Source of the DNA: Candidatus Micrarchaeota archaeon
Lineage (GTDB): Archaea > Micrarchaeota > Micrarchaeia > Anstonellales > Bilamarchaeaceae
Assembly: GCA_016926175.1 (NCBI GenBank)
Contig: JAFGPA010000001.1
Coordinates: 977-64,976 of the forward strand
Length of the DNA stretch: 64,000 bases
Direction: 5' to 3'
In this document: positions 9,415 to 18,343 of the stretch, piece after piece
How the letters are laid out: each line of letters opens with the position of its first letter
How positions within the stretch are numbered: position 1 is the stretch's first letter
Program-made: the position numbers and the translations under genes
Notes under the pieces: model-generated
The model's input: only the letters and a program-made list of their open reading frames with translations
What the model was told of the DNA's origin: nothing
The model's database searches: none

Positions 9415-10167
9415 TCACTTCTTTGGTTTTCTTCCTTTTACTTTTGGCGGTTTAATGTCCGGATATGCATCTGTAAGCATATGGCTGCTTGCATAGGGCC
9501 TGAAACCAAGCTCTTCGAGAACCCTGCAAACAATATGCGGTTCAGGATTTTCAATCTCCCGAAGGCACTCAACGGCAGCACCATATGATTTTCTTTTTCC
9601 CTTTGTTATGCTGCTTGCATCTCCTTCGAATCCGGCAAACGCAAGGGATTTGTTCACTATCGTGAAGTTGATTCCTGCGAGGATGCCTGAAACCTCATAA
9701 TCCTTTACGTTTTCCAGTCCAAGTTTTTTTATTGCAATCCAGTCCTTGTATTTGCCTACAAATGCAATTGTTCCTCCAAAATCTTCCTTTGTTGGTTTTA
9801 TGGCGTTTTGAGTTTCCGGCCTGATTTTAACCCCGGCATTTGCAAGCAGCCTGTTGAAATAATACGATTCTGCAACCGGCCTCATCTCTTTGGCATATTT
9901 TTGTTTTACCCATTTGCCGAAATCAGACTGTTCCACTGCTTTTGCAACAGCTTCGATTCCAGATCCGCTGACCTTTGCCTGCTGGCAGATTTCTTCAGTA
10001 TTTATGCCTGAGAATGCATATGCAAAAGGCTCTATTCCCTCGCTTATCTCAGTTAAAATTCCTGCCACATCCTTCTCAGCTGCCTTTGAAAGGTCATAAT
10101 GGACTCCAAGGCTGAAATCCTTGTATTTGCCCGTAAAAACGATCTCATCGCTTCCGTACATGACCAA
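9415..10167 (-). CDS. hypothetical protein with internal duplication, co-oriented 4 nt upstream of mvk
   Basis: 250 aa. The two halves share I(V/A)F(T/V)GKYKD(F/W), (D/E)V(A/S)GIL and FA(Y/F)A(F/G). The tail is basic (KPPKVKGRKPKK). No family recognised. Confidence 0.5.
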   Translation of the reverse strand: MVMYGSDEIVFTGKYKDFSLGVHYDLSKAAEKDVAGILTEISEGIEPFAYAFSGINTEEICQQAKVSGSGIEAVAKAVEQSDFGKWVKQKYAKEMRPVAESYYFNRLLANAGVKIRPETQNAIKPTKEDFGGTIAFVGKYKDWIAIKKLGLENVKDYEVSGILAGINFTIVNKSLAFAGFEGDASSITKGKRKSYGAAVECLREIENPEPHIVCRVLEELGFRPYASSHMLTDAYPDIKPPKVKGRKPKK

Positions 10168-10255
10168 TTATCCAGCTGACAATTAATAAATATTGAACAA
10201 AAAAGGGCACTGCCTGGAAGCAGTTTCCTTAAAAAAAGCCAATCCAAGGACAAGG

Positions 10256-10266
10256 TTTAAATAAAA
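10256..10266 (+). promoter_or_regulatory. candidate TATA box for tRNA-Thr
   Basis: TTTAAATAAAA is centred about 30 nt upstream of the first tRNA nucleotide (10291). Confidence 0.4.
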
Positions 10267-10290
10267 TTGCCCGATAATCTCTACAATAAC

Positions 10291-10509
10291 GCCCCTGTAG
10301 CTCAGAGGTAGAGCGCGTCCTTGGTAGCGTTTTCAGCCTGCAGTTTCCTGTCTCCGGTTCCGGAGGCTGGCAGTTGGATGCTGGAAACACTGATTAGGAC
10401 GAGGCCGCGAGTTCAAGAACCTTTTGACTTATGAAAAACTTATGGCAAAAGCTTAACCTGAAGCCATCAGGTCAAACTAGTCGAAAAGTTGAAATTCTCG
10501 CCGGGGGCT
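10291..10509 (+). tRNA. tRNA-Thr(GGU) with two introns (canonical 37/38, 69 nt; T-loop, about 78 nt)
   Basis: Acceptor GCCCCTG/CGGGGGC. D arm GCTC-AGAGGTA-GAGC. Anticodon stem CGTCC/GGACG with loop TTGGTA|intron 10327-10395|A. T stem GCGAG/CTCGC with an insert at about 10417-10494. Discriminator U. Confidence 0.8.
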
Positions 10510-10638
10510 TCCAGTTTTATTATTTTAAAAGTGCCTATATACATTGATTAAAACCGTCCAACCCAATGCCAAATTCAGGCAAAACGATAGTTTCATATCT
10601 ATAGAAAAAAACTTTTATTTCCAAAAACGCCCGGCCAT

Positions 10639-10947
10639 CTATAATCCCTGCATTGACAATTCTTTTTCCACATGCTCAACTGCATTGGAATAAAGGAATT
10701 TTCCATTTTCAATGCTCACCAGTTTTTCCTTTTCCGGCAGTTTTATCCTGAAAATCGAGAAGCTGCCGCACGCCCTGTCAAGGAGTACCTCTCCCCTGAT
10801 GTTTCTGTTTATGAGGGCCTTTTCAACTGTTCTTGTCATCCTTTCGGCAGATGCTTTCTTTATTATGCCGCTTATCATAGGACCCATTCCTACAAAACTG
10901 TGCCCTGGCGGAATGCTTTTCCTTTCCAGATAATTTTTTTTGATCAT
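10639..10947 (-). CDS. hypothetical protein
   Basis: 102 aa. Its start overlaps the stop of the upstream 425-aa ORF by 4 nt (ATGA), so the two form an operon. No motif recognised. Confidence 0.4.
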   Translation of the reverse strand: MIKKNYLERKSIPPGHSFVGMGPMISGIIKKASAERMTRTVEKALINRNIRGEVLLDRACGSFSIFRIKLPEKEKLVSIENGKFLYSNAVEHVEKELSMQGL

Positions 10948-12221
10948 GCCAGGTCCCCGAAATTTACTACTTTCATTATCTTCTTTCTTAACAAATACAT
11001 TATCTCGAAATGTTTTTTGCTTAGCTGATCATCGCTCCAGTTCATCTCTTGCCCTGAAACAAGCTTCAATGCATTTGCCAGGTTTCTAAGTGCGGCAACA
11101 GGAACTCCTGAGGAGAGCTTGGCGGTCATTTCAAGCATTTCAGTTATGTTGCGCTTTTCAGCATAGGTGAGATCCTCTTTTTTCATGCAGGCTTCATCAT
11201 GCATCTGCCTTATTATCCTGTGAGAGGGATGGTCGAGCTGCTTAAAAGCTTCTTCCAGTTGTTTTATTTCATTTGCCGGTATTGGTAATTGTTTCAATTC
11301 CTTGAATGGCGCACACCTTCTGAGTCTTTCAAATGATTCACGGTATTCCTGAGGAACAATCCATTCTCCGATGATATCATTCGCCACCAGATTATGCAAC
11401 ACGGTTGCAATCCTCTTCATTTCGTTTGGAAGCCCATCCATAGCCGGCACTTTTTTCATCGCATCTGCCTGTGCTTCCAGAACATTTGCATCAAACGGAA
11501 TTTTCCATTCAACATGCAATGCAAATATTCTGTTGTCTATTGCCCTAAGCAGCTCGTTCCCTTCCAGATTTCCCGGAATGTTAAAAGTGGTTCCAATCTC
11601 CTGAGCATGATAAGTAAATTGTTTTGAATTATGGCTTCTGCCATCGTAGGAAATAAGCCTTTTTTGAAGCTCTCCATCATTTTCAATTGGTTGCAGATTT
11701 GGCGACGAAGTCCTTTGGGTTGCCCTTTCAGTTCCAATATTCATGCAATCAAGTACTTTGCAGACTTCTCCGACAGGATCCTCAGATTCCATATATGCAT
11801 CCCTCAAAGGAATAATCTTATGGACTTTATTCACTTCAATGTGATAATGAATCCCGGAAGGCCTTCTTTCTTTTCCTCTTATAACTGCCCGTATTCTTTT
11901 TACCTCAAGAGCCCCAAGAAGAGCCTCGTCAGGGCTTTGCGGTTTTTTGACCTGCTCTTCCCCGGCGCTTTCAATCTCGAGTTCCTTTCTTTTTGAACTG
12001 ATTTTGAGTGCTTCCCTGCCAAGAACAAGTTCATATCTTTTGCAGGCTCTGTAAACCGGGGCTATTCTTTCCATGGTTTCGAGAATAACCCTGCTATCAT
12101 TTATCATCTCTCTTTTCCTTGCATCCCTTCCAAGGATTACCGATGAAGTCAGGGGCATAGCACCTGTAAACGCAGGCTTCCTCTGGGGAGCCACAAATCT
12201 TTGCTTTGAACTTTGTGACAT
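10944..12221 (-). CDS. hypothetical protein (425 aa, no recognised domain)
   Basis: Long uninterrupted ORF with normal composition. No TM segment or signal peptide. The C-terminal half looks helical. Confidence 0.55.
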   Translation of the reverse strand: MSQSSKQRFVAPQRKPAFTGAMPLTSSVILGRDARKREMINDSRVILETMERIAPVYRACKRYELVLGREALKISSKRKELEIESAGEEQVKKPQSPDEALLGALEVKRIRAVIRGKERRPSGIHYHIEVNKVHKIIPLRDAYMESEDPVGEVCKVLDCMNIGTERATQRTSSPNLQPIENDGELQKRLISYDGRSHNSKQFTYHAQEIGTTFNIPGNLEGNELLRAIDNRIFALHVEWKIPFDANVLEAQADAMKKVPAMDGLPNEMKRIATVLHNLVANDIIGEWIVPQEYRESFERLRRCAPFKELKQLPIPANEIKQLEEAFKQLDHPSHRIIRQMHDEACMKKEDLTYAEKRNITEMLEMTAKLSSGVPVAALRNLANALKLVSGQEMNWSDDQLSKKHFEIMYLLRKKIMKVVNFGDLA

Positions 12222-12481
12222 GGGATCACACGGCTTCTATTTTCTAACACAAATCAGGTTTATAAAACTTACTGTACCAGACTGTGAAAATTCCCATCAT
12301 TGTCCCTGCTGAATTTGTGATTTTTGTTAATTTTGCAAGTATAAATCCCGCTATTATCTTCGGTCAATTCGGACCATAAACCCTTATATATGTGACATGT
12401 TGGACATGAAGGCATATTTTTCACCTGGTCGTATTACCATTCTTGTTTAAAGTTTAAAAATTTTTGCCAGGAAAACTGGTT

Positions 12482-13213
12482 ATGCGATTTTTAATTCTAT
12501 TTGCCAGTTTAATAATACTGGCAGGATGTACGACTACAGAAACTCCAGAGCCGCAGCCAGTGCCGCAAGAACCGGCAATGACATGTGAGGAATATTGTCC
12601 AACCCAGCCGCATATTCAATGCGTAGGCCAATGGAATATCTCAGGCACATATCCAGACTGCATCTGTGAATTCATTTGCGATGTCGGAGAGGCGGAACCG
12701 ATCATTGAGGAACCGGAAGCCCCTCCTGTCGATGAGCCGATGAATGGAACAGATGTTGTTCCGAGAACCGACAAGTCCCTGAAGGAAATGCTTGATGATG
12801 GCATTCTGGAGTCCAAAATAAGATTTTTCTCTGAAAATGACGGCAGTTTCAGAACTATGGAATACAAATGGATGAGGTCTAATGTACCGGATGCAGGTCC
12901 TGGAGACATTAGTTTTGACAATGTTGCATTGACTGATGTGAAGTTTGATGGCGAATCCATCAGCAGCATTCGCGGAACAGGTCTGGTTGTCTTTGAAGAA
13001 GGAAGCACAGCAAAAGCAAGAGGGATCATAATCTTCCTTGACAAGTCCACTTCCCTTGACGGAAGAAATAGCTTTGACATAGAATACTTCCCTTCTGTGG
13101 AGCACAGATATATGGAAACCTGTTCAGTGCAGTCAAAGGATCTTTCCATGGACCTGGAAGGCAACTGGATCTCTAAATATTTCATAAAATGCGAAAATGT
13201 GAAATCTTCCTAA
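12482..13213 (+). CDS. hypothetical lipoprotein with a Cys-rich N-terminal segment
   Basis: ATG at 12482 gives MRFLILFASLIILAGC (lipobox), followed by CEEYCPTQPHIQCVGQWNISGTYPDCICEFIC. Confidence 0.55.
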   Translation: MRFLILFASLIILAGCTTTETPEPQPVPQEPAMTCEEYCPTQPHIQCVGQWNISGTYPDCICEFICDVGEAEPIIEEPEAPPVDEPMNGTDVVPRTDKSLKEMLDDGILESKIRFFSENDGSFRTMEYKWMRSNVPDAGPGDISFDNVALTDVKFDGESISSIRGTGLVVFEEGSTAKARGIIIFLDKSTSLDGRNSFDIEYFPSVEHRYMETCSVQSKDLSMDLEGNWISKYFIKCENVKSS

Positions 13214-13276
13214 TTTTTTCCCTTTTTTACAACTTCATCAGAAAGATATATATACGTATAACTCTTTTTACTTTCC

Positions 13277-14005
13277 ATGAACGGAAGAATATTTATTTTG
13301 GCCTTTTTGTTGGCAATATCAATCGGATTTTCAGTAGATGTCAGTACCTGCAGCAATATAACTGCGCCCGGAACATATGTTCTGACTGCGGACCTGGTTG
13401 GATTCCCCAACAATGCATCAGAGGCAGGCTTTTCATTTTCAGGCTACGACTGGGCCTGCATCAAAATAGCTTCCCAGGATGTTGTTTTTGACTGCAATGG
13501 CCATAGTATCTGGGGAAATGACACGTCTGTTCAAAATATCAGCATAGGTATTTTTGTAAATGAGTCTGCAGGTTCCAATGTTACCATAAAGAATTGCAAT
13601 ATATACGATTACAACTATGGGTTCTTTTCTGAGTTTACCAACGAGATTGCACTGCAAAATGTCACCAGTTTCAGCAATGCAGGCACAGGTATTTTCATAT
13701 CAAGTTCAAATTACAGTATTGTTGATTCATGCCTGTCATACGGCAATACTGGCAGTTCATTTGTTATGGCAGGTTGTGATAACTGTATTCTTTCCAATAA
13801 CACTGCCCAGAACGGCGTTCCGGGAAGTTCCGGATATTATGTTACCGGCTGTTTTAATGTTCTGGTGATAAACAATACTGCAATCAATGCAGGGCATGAT
13901 GGTTTTTACATTCAGTCTCTTTCAAATGCAACTGTAAGGGATAATTATGCCAGCGGGCACACCAACTATGAATTCCGGCTGGGATCGACATTACCGCCTC
14001 TTTAA
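13277..14005 (+). CDS. surface protein, N-terminal fragment (signal peptide plus parallel beta-helix repeats), ends at an in-frame TAA
   Basis: Signal peptide MNGRIFILAFLLAISIGFS. Repeated NxxIxNN/NNTA beta-helix (PbH1-like) motifs. Same reading frame as 14060..17137. Confidence 0.7.
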   Translation: MNGRIFILAFLLAISIGFSVDVSTCSNITAPGTYVLTADLVGFPNNASEAGFSFSGYDWACIKIASQDVVFDCNGHSIWGNDTSVQNISIGIFVNESAGSNVTIKNCNIYDYNYGFFSEFTNEIALQNVTSFSNAGTGIFISSSNYSIVDSCLSYGNTGSSFVMAGCDNCILSNNTAQNGVPGSSGYYVTGCFNVLVINNTAINAGHDGFYIQSLSNATVRDNYASGHTNYEFRLGSTLPPL

Positions 14006-14059
14006 AACAACTCTTTCATAAACAATACTGCAGTATCCGGTATAACCTCCTTTGGACTA

Positions 14060-17000
14060 TTGTGCAGTTTTACCGACCCTACAAATTCTGTTTTTGAAAA
14101 TAATACGGTCTATAATTCTTCAGGCACTGCCATCAGCATCCAGTGCAATAATGTAACGATAATGGGAAATGAAATCCATAATGCATCCTATGGCATCAAT
14201 AACTTCAGGGATAACAACACCATTATTGGCAATAACATATATGATTCCAGAAATGCAGGCATCAGGATATCCAACCTCTTCAATTGCATAATGTCAAATA
14301 ATCTGATAGCTTACAGTGCAGTGAGTGGCATAGAGATGTTTGGTTCTTCAGCCAACCTTTATGTTAATACGATTTATGGCAGTCCCCTTGGTTTGCTCGT
14401 AAATGGTTCTGACATTACTGTTGAAACCGGCAACAACGAAATTTATGACAACGGCCTTGGAATATACCTTGATGGCGGCGACAGGGTTTTCCTTAATATG
14501 TCGGCAGATCAGCTTTATGGCAATACTCTTGACTTTGAAATCGATGTAACTGCTTTGTCTTCAAGGCTTATAATGAGCGAGGTCCTCTTTGGAAATACCG
14601 GTCTTGCAACATATGTCAATTTCAGCCTTGATGACAACATTTTCCTGAGCGACTACCATTATTCCATCAATTATGCCCCAACGCCAACAATGCCCGTAAA
14701 TTATCTTTCGTTCTATGACAAATCCCTGGATTTCCAGAACCTTGGCAACAACACCCCTCTTGTAATAGAATCATTGACATACCACTGGACAGATGCAGAG
14801 GCAGATCCATATGTTGAATACAGGCTTCAGATGTGGAAATATAACGGGACCTGGATTTTGCTCAACAATACTCCTGATACTGCAAACAATCAGCTTGGCC
14901 TTACAGATATGTCATCATTCAGCGATTTCAGCATCCTCGTGGACAACAGAACCCCAAACATTTCAATCAGCAAAGCAGACGAAACTGTCCAGGCAGAGAA
15001 CTCTGAAGGCGGTCTGGTCGTTTCTAATATAACAGTAACAAATACCGGAGAGATTGCCCTGAACGCAACAGTTGCGGATGTGCTTCCCACAGGCCTTACA
15101 TACTCAGCATCCTCACCTGGATATGATTCATCACCCGGTGCTGGCATTTACATCTGGGACATTCTGGATCTTGCTCCCGGAGAGTCAGTGAGCATCCAGC
15201 TAAATGCAACTGTTGATTCCGGTGTTGTTGATGGTACAACCCCGATTGTCAACCTTACCAATTATGCCAATGTGACCGGAACCGATGAATATGGGGAAAA
15301 CGTTACTTCAGAGGATTATCTGAACTTCACAATACTTTATGCCAATGCAACAATAGCAAAACAGGAAACATCACTTCCTGCATCACCAGGAGGCATCGTT
15401 GAATATACCATCCTGATCAACAATACTGGTGCAGCACTTTTGCCAAGTCCTGTGAATGTGACTGATCTTCTGCCACCCGGCCTGACATTTGACAGCGTTT
15501 ATAGTCTCGATGGCTCATGCGCATGTGTAGCAACAACATCCCGGCTTGACTGCAGTATCTATGAGGATCTTTCTGCAGGGAATTTCTTTACATTGTATGT
15601 CAATGCAACTGTCGATCAGGGAATCGTAGATGCAGGAACTTCGATGATTAATGTTACCAATTGTGCGAACCACACTTCAGTTCCATCAAATGGATTTTCT
15701 GTCAATGACAGCGTTTGCACTGATACCACTCTCTACTATGTTAACATTTCAGTGACAAAAGATGCAAATTCAACATGGGTTTACATTGCAGCCAATGCAA
15801 CCTTCTTTGTCAATGTTACGAACGAAGGACAGCTTCCGCTTAATGTAACTGTTGCTGATGATCTGCAGCCTGGCCTGACTTTCAGGGGATCAGATGTTAC
15901 CCCAACATCTGTTGCCGGCGATTCCCTTACAGGGCAAACGGTAACCTGGGAAATTGCCATTCCTGCAAACACCACGATAACAATCACCTACAATGTAACA
16001 TCCAATATTGATGGAACCTACGCTAATAATGTGACAGTAACAGGAGTCCCGCCAAACGGTGACAATGTTACTGCTAATGATTCTTCATCAATACAGGTAA
16101 TGAAATGGCCGACAACGCCAAATGACAACAAGCCGCAGATAACAGTTTCATTCAGCTCATCCTGCGAAGGAAACATAGTTACAACAAATGCCGATCAGGT
16201 TCAGGTGTTCCATGCAACAACCCTTTCAGATGTTGCTTCCGGCCCGGTGGTTGATGGCATATTCAATTTCACGGGGTGCGGCTTTGATGTTAGAATAAGG
16301 GCAAGCGGCGAGGGATCGCCTGTTGTGGTTATTGAGAGCCTTATCGACTGTTCACAATGCATTGACATCCCCTATGAATGCACTGATGATGACGATTGTG
16401 ACCCTGGCCAATACTGCAACATCCCGCCCGGACAGCCAGGCGGAAGATGTGAAGAGCCTCCGCCCGAATGCACCACTGATGCAGACTGTGAACCCGGCCA
16501 ATACTGTGATATTCCAGCAGGCCAGTTCGGAGGGTCGTGCAGGGACATGCCCCCTGATTGCCTTACTGATGATGACTGTGAAAACACCCAATACTGCGAC
16601 AGTTCTGCACCAAATGGCGGCAGCTGCGAAGAAAGGACCGGAGACTGCGGTTATGCTGATGGCCACGTCTGGATAAACTATGACTGTGGCGATGACCCGG
16701 CATGTCCGCTATGCCCGGAAGGATATGTCTGCATTGATAACGAATGTGTTCCTGCAGAGCTTGAAGGTCCGCCGACAGTGTTTGTTGGTGATGATGTGCC
16801 TGTAAACGCAACCATCGGAGATCAGCCATGTGCCAACTGCGAAGTAATAATCGAATTCCCTGATGGCAGCCAGACGACAAGAACAACTGATGGATCAGGA
16901 TTCATTCTGGTTCCTGCAGATCTGGAAGGAGACTATCAGATTAAACTTGTCCGCGGAGGAAGCGTAATTGCTTCATTGCTGGTAAGTGCACTTCCAATAG

Positions 17001-17137
17001 AGGAGCCGATAGATGACAAGCCGCCGGCAGCTGCCTTCAGCGACATTCTGCCATGGCTTCTCTGGCTGCTGATACTATTGCTCCTGATAATTGCAATAAT
17101 CCTGTGGAGAAGGAAGAAGCAGAAAAGGGAAAAATAA
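14060..17137 (+). CDS. surface protein, C-terminal fragment (beta-helix, DUF11-like repeats, Cys-rich repeats, C-terminal TM anchor)
   Basis: No ATG start and no signal peptide (the ORF track uses TTG). Motifs VTNTGEIALNATVADVLPTGLTY and VTNEGQLPLNVTVADDLQPGLTF. Many N-x-S/T sequons. C-terminal LPWLLWLLILLLLIIAIILW plus RRKKQKREK. Confidence 0.75.
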   Translation: MCSFTDPTNSVFENNTVYNSSGTAISIQCNNVTIMGNEIHNASYGINNFRDNNTIIGNNIYDSRNAGIRISNLFNCIMSNNLIAYSAVSGIEMFGSSANLYVNTIYGSPLGLLVNGSDITVETGNNEIYDNGLGIYLDGGDRVFLNMSADQLYGNTLDFEIDVTALSSRLIMSEVLFGNTGLATYVNFSLDDNIFLSDYHYSINYAPTPTMPVNYLSFYDKSLDFQNLGNNTPLVIESLTYHWTDAEADPYVEYRLQMWKYNGTWILLNNTPDTANNQLGLTDMSSFSDFSILVDNRTPNISISKADETVQAENSEGGLVVSNITVTNTGEIALNATVADVLPTGLTYSASSPGYDSSPGAGIYIWDILDLAPGESVSIQLNATVDSGVVDGTTPIVNLTNYANVTGTDEYGENVTSEDYLNFTILYANATIAKQETSLPASPGGIVEYTILINNTGAALLPSPVNVTDLLPPGLTFDSVYSLDGSCACVATTSRLDCSIYEDLSAGNFFTLYVNATVDQGIVDAGTSMINVTNCANHTSVPSNGFSVNDSVCTDTTLYYVNISVTKDANSTWVYIAANATFFVNVTNEGQLPLNVTVADDLQPGLTFRGSDVTPTSVAGDSLTGQTVTWEIAIPANTTITITYNVTSNIDGTYANNVTVTGVPPNGDNVTANDSSSIQVMKWPTTPNDNKPQITVSFSSSCEGNIVTTNADQVQVFHATTLSDVASGPVVDGIFNFTGCGFDVRIRASGEGSPVVVIESLIDCSQCIDIPYECTDDDDCDPGQYCNIPPGQPGGRCEEPPPECTTDADCEPGQYCDIPAGQFGGSCRDMPPDCLTDDDCENTQYCDSSAPNGGSCEERTGDCGYADGHVWINYDCGDDPACPLCPEGYVCIDNECVPAELEGPPTVFVGDDVPVNATIGDQPCANCEVIIEFPDGSQTTRTTDGSGFILVPADLEGDYQIKLVRGGSVIASLLVSALPIEEPIDDKPPAAAFSDILPWLLWLLILLLLIIAIILWRRKKQKREK
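16376..16642 (+). repeat. three tandem repeats of about 90 nt encoding a 30-aa Cys-rich module inside the surface protein
   Basis: The units are ECTDDDDCDPGQYCNIPPGQPGGRCEEPPP, ECTTDADCEPGQYCDIPAGQFGGSCRDMPP and DCLTDDDCENTQYCDSSAPNGGSCEERTG. Confidence 0.9.
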
Positions 17138-17150
17138 TTTTTTTTCTTTT
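17138..17150 (+). terminator. oligo-T tract downstream of the surface protein gene
   Basis: TTTTTTTTCTTTT starts immediately after the stop codon. Archaeal terminators are typically T-runs. Confidence 0.3.
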
Positions 17151-17188
17151 ATTAATAATTATAAATTTTATCCATTATAGCCTTCATC

Positions 17189-18004
17189 ATGTTTGAAACA
17201 CTGTCACGGTCATTCGGGCTTGTTAAGAAGAGCTTTGAAGTTCTTTTAAATGACAAAAAACTTCTTTTGTTTCCTGCAATAAGCTCAATTGTCCTTATAG
17301 GGGTGCTGATTTCGTTCATAGGCCCTGCACTCCTTGCAGATTCTGATATTGTGCTTTACGGGCTTTTTGCCTTGTTTTATTTTGCATCCTATGCAATAAT
17401 CATATTCTTCAACAGCTCCCTGATATATGCTGCAGGCAAAAAAATGGATGGAAAGCCCGTTACTCTGGGTGAAAGCATTTCATTTTCACTGTCCAGGCTT
17501 GGCAGCATTCTTTCCTGGGCGGCAATCGCTGCAACTGTTGGGATGATTTTGAGCATACTGAGAGGCCAGGCTGAGGATGGAAAAGGCATTGGCATGGTCA
17601 TTGCAAAGATTGTCATAAGCCTTATCGGCCTTGCATGGTCACTTGCAACCTATTTTGTTGTTCCGGTGCTTGTCTTTGAGAATGTGGGTCCTTTTGAAGC
17701 CATAAAGAGATCAGTTGCAATCATAAGAAAGACCTGGGGCGAAAGCATTGTGGGAGGCATAAGCATGTCAGTTGTATTCCTTTTATTTTACCTGTTTGGA
17801 GGGGTACTGGCAGCCGGGCTTTTCATTTTTGGAGGCCTGATCCCGGCCCTTATTATAGCACTTCCGTACTTTATGCTGGTTTTCCTTGCACAGGGTGCAA
17901 TTGAAGGCATTTTTGTGGCAGCACTTTACCGCTATGCAACAACAGGCCAGAGTGCAATATTCGCAAAGGAGGATCTCGACGCAGCCTTCAGGAAAAAAAC
18001 ATAA
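17189..18004 (+). CDS. multi-pass membrane protein of unknown function
   Basis: 271 aa with about 6 hydrophobic segments. No catalytic motif recognised. Confidence 0.6.
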   Translation: MFETLSRSFGLVKKSFEVLLNDKKLLLFPAISSIVLIGVLISFIGPALLADSDIVLYGLFALFYFASYAIIIFFNSSLIYAAGKKMDGKPVTLGESISFSLSRLGSILSWAAIAATVGMILSILRGQAEDGKGIGMVIAKIVISLIGLAWSLATYFVVPVLVFENVGPFEAIKRSVAIIRKTWGESIVGGISMSVVFLLFYLFGGVLAAGLFIFGGLIPALIIALPYFMLVFLAQGAIEGIFVAALYRYATTGQSAIFAKEDLDAAFRKKT

Positions 18005-18343
18005 GTTCTTTTTCTGAAATTGATTGCCGGAAGAATAAAATAACGCCCCAACGGCGATTGTCAGCTTTGCCGGCCAGTATCAAAAAATGCCGTTTTTCAA
18101 AGCTTTTGAACGCCGAATTCAACCTCTCTGCCAAATGAAAAGCCGGTTTTGATCAAACTTTTCCTAAAAGCTGGCCGCAGGGTTGCGTCCTATCCAGGTT
18201 AGACTATTGGGGCATAGTGGTTAGACATGAATCTATCCAACTTCTATTCCTAACGATCATATTTAAATAACTATAGCTTTTAAATTATTCTCTGCCTTTT
18301 CTCTGTAATTTTGCTTATCACAGAGTTTACATTAGGTGTATGT

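Noticed and set aside
13978-14008. An alternative frame across the surface-protein stop reads AGIDITASLK, which looks beta-helix-like. This would suggest two compensating frameshifts instead of a nonsense codon.
   Set aside because: It requires two indels within about 30 nt, against one point change for the in-frame TAA. That frame also has a TGA just upstream. I kept it as a note only.
16323-16676. Three overlapping ORFs on both strands within 16323-16886.
   Set aside because: They coincide with the tandem Cys-repeat region of the surface protein. The repeat periodicity keeps alternative frames open.
18005-18343. A 340-bp gap upstream of ef1b, including GGGGCATAGTGGTTAGAC (18209-18226), which looks like a tRNA 5' half. 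I considered a split tRNA or ncRNA.
   Set aside because: I could not build a D arm, anticodon arm, or a complementary leader. No C/D box motifs are present. It is probably just promoter/spacer. An Rfam scan would settle this.
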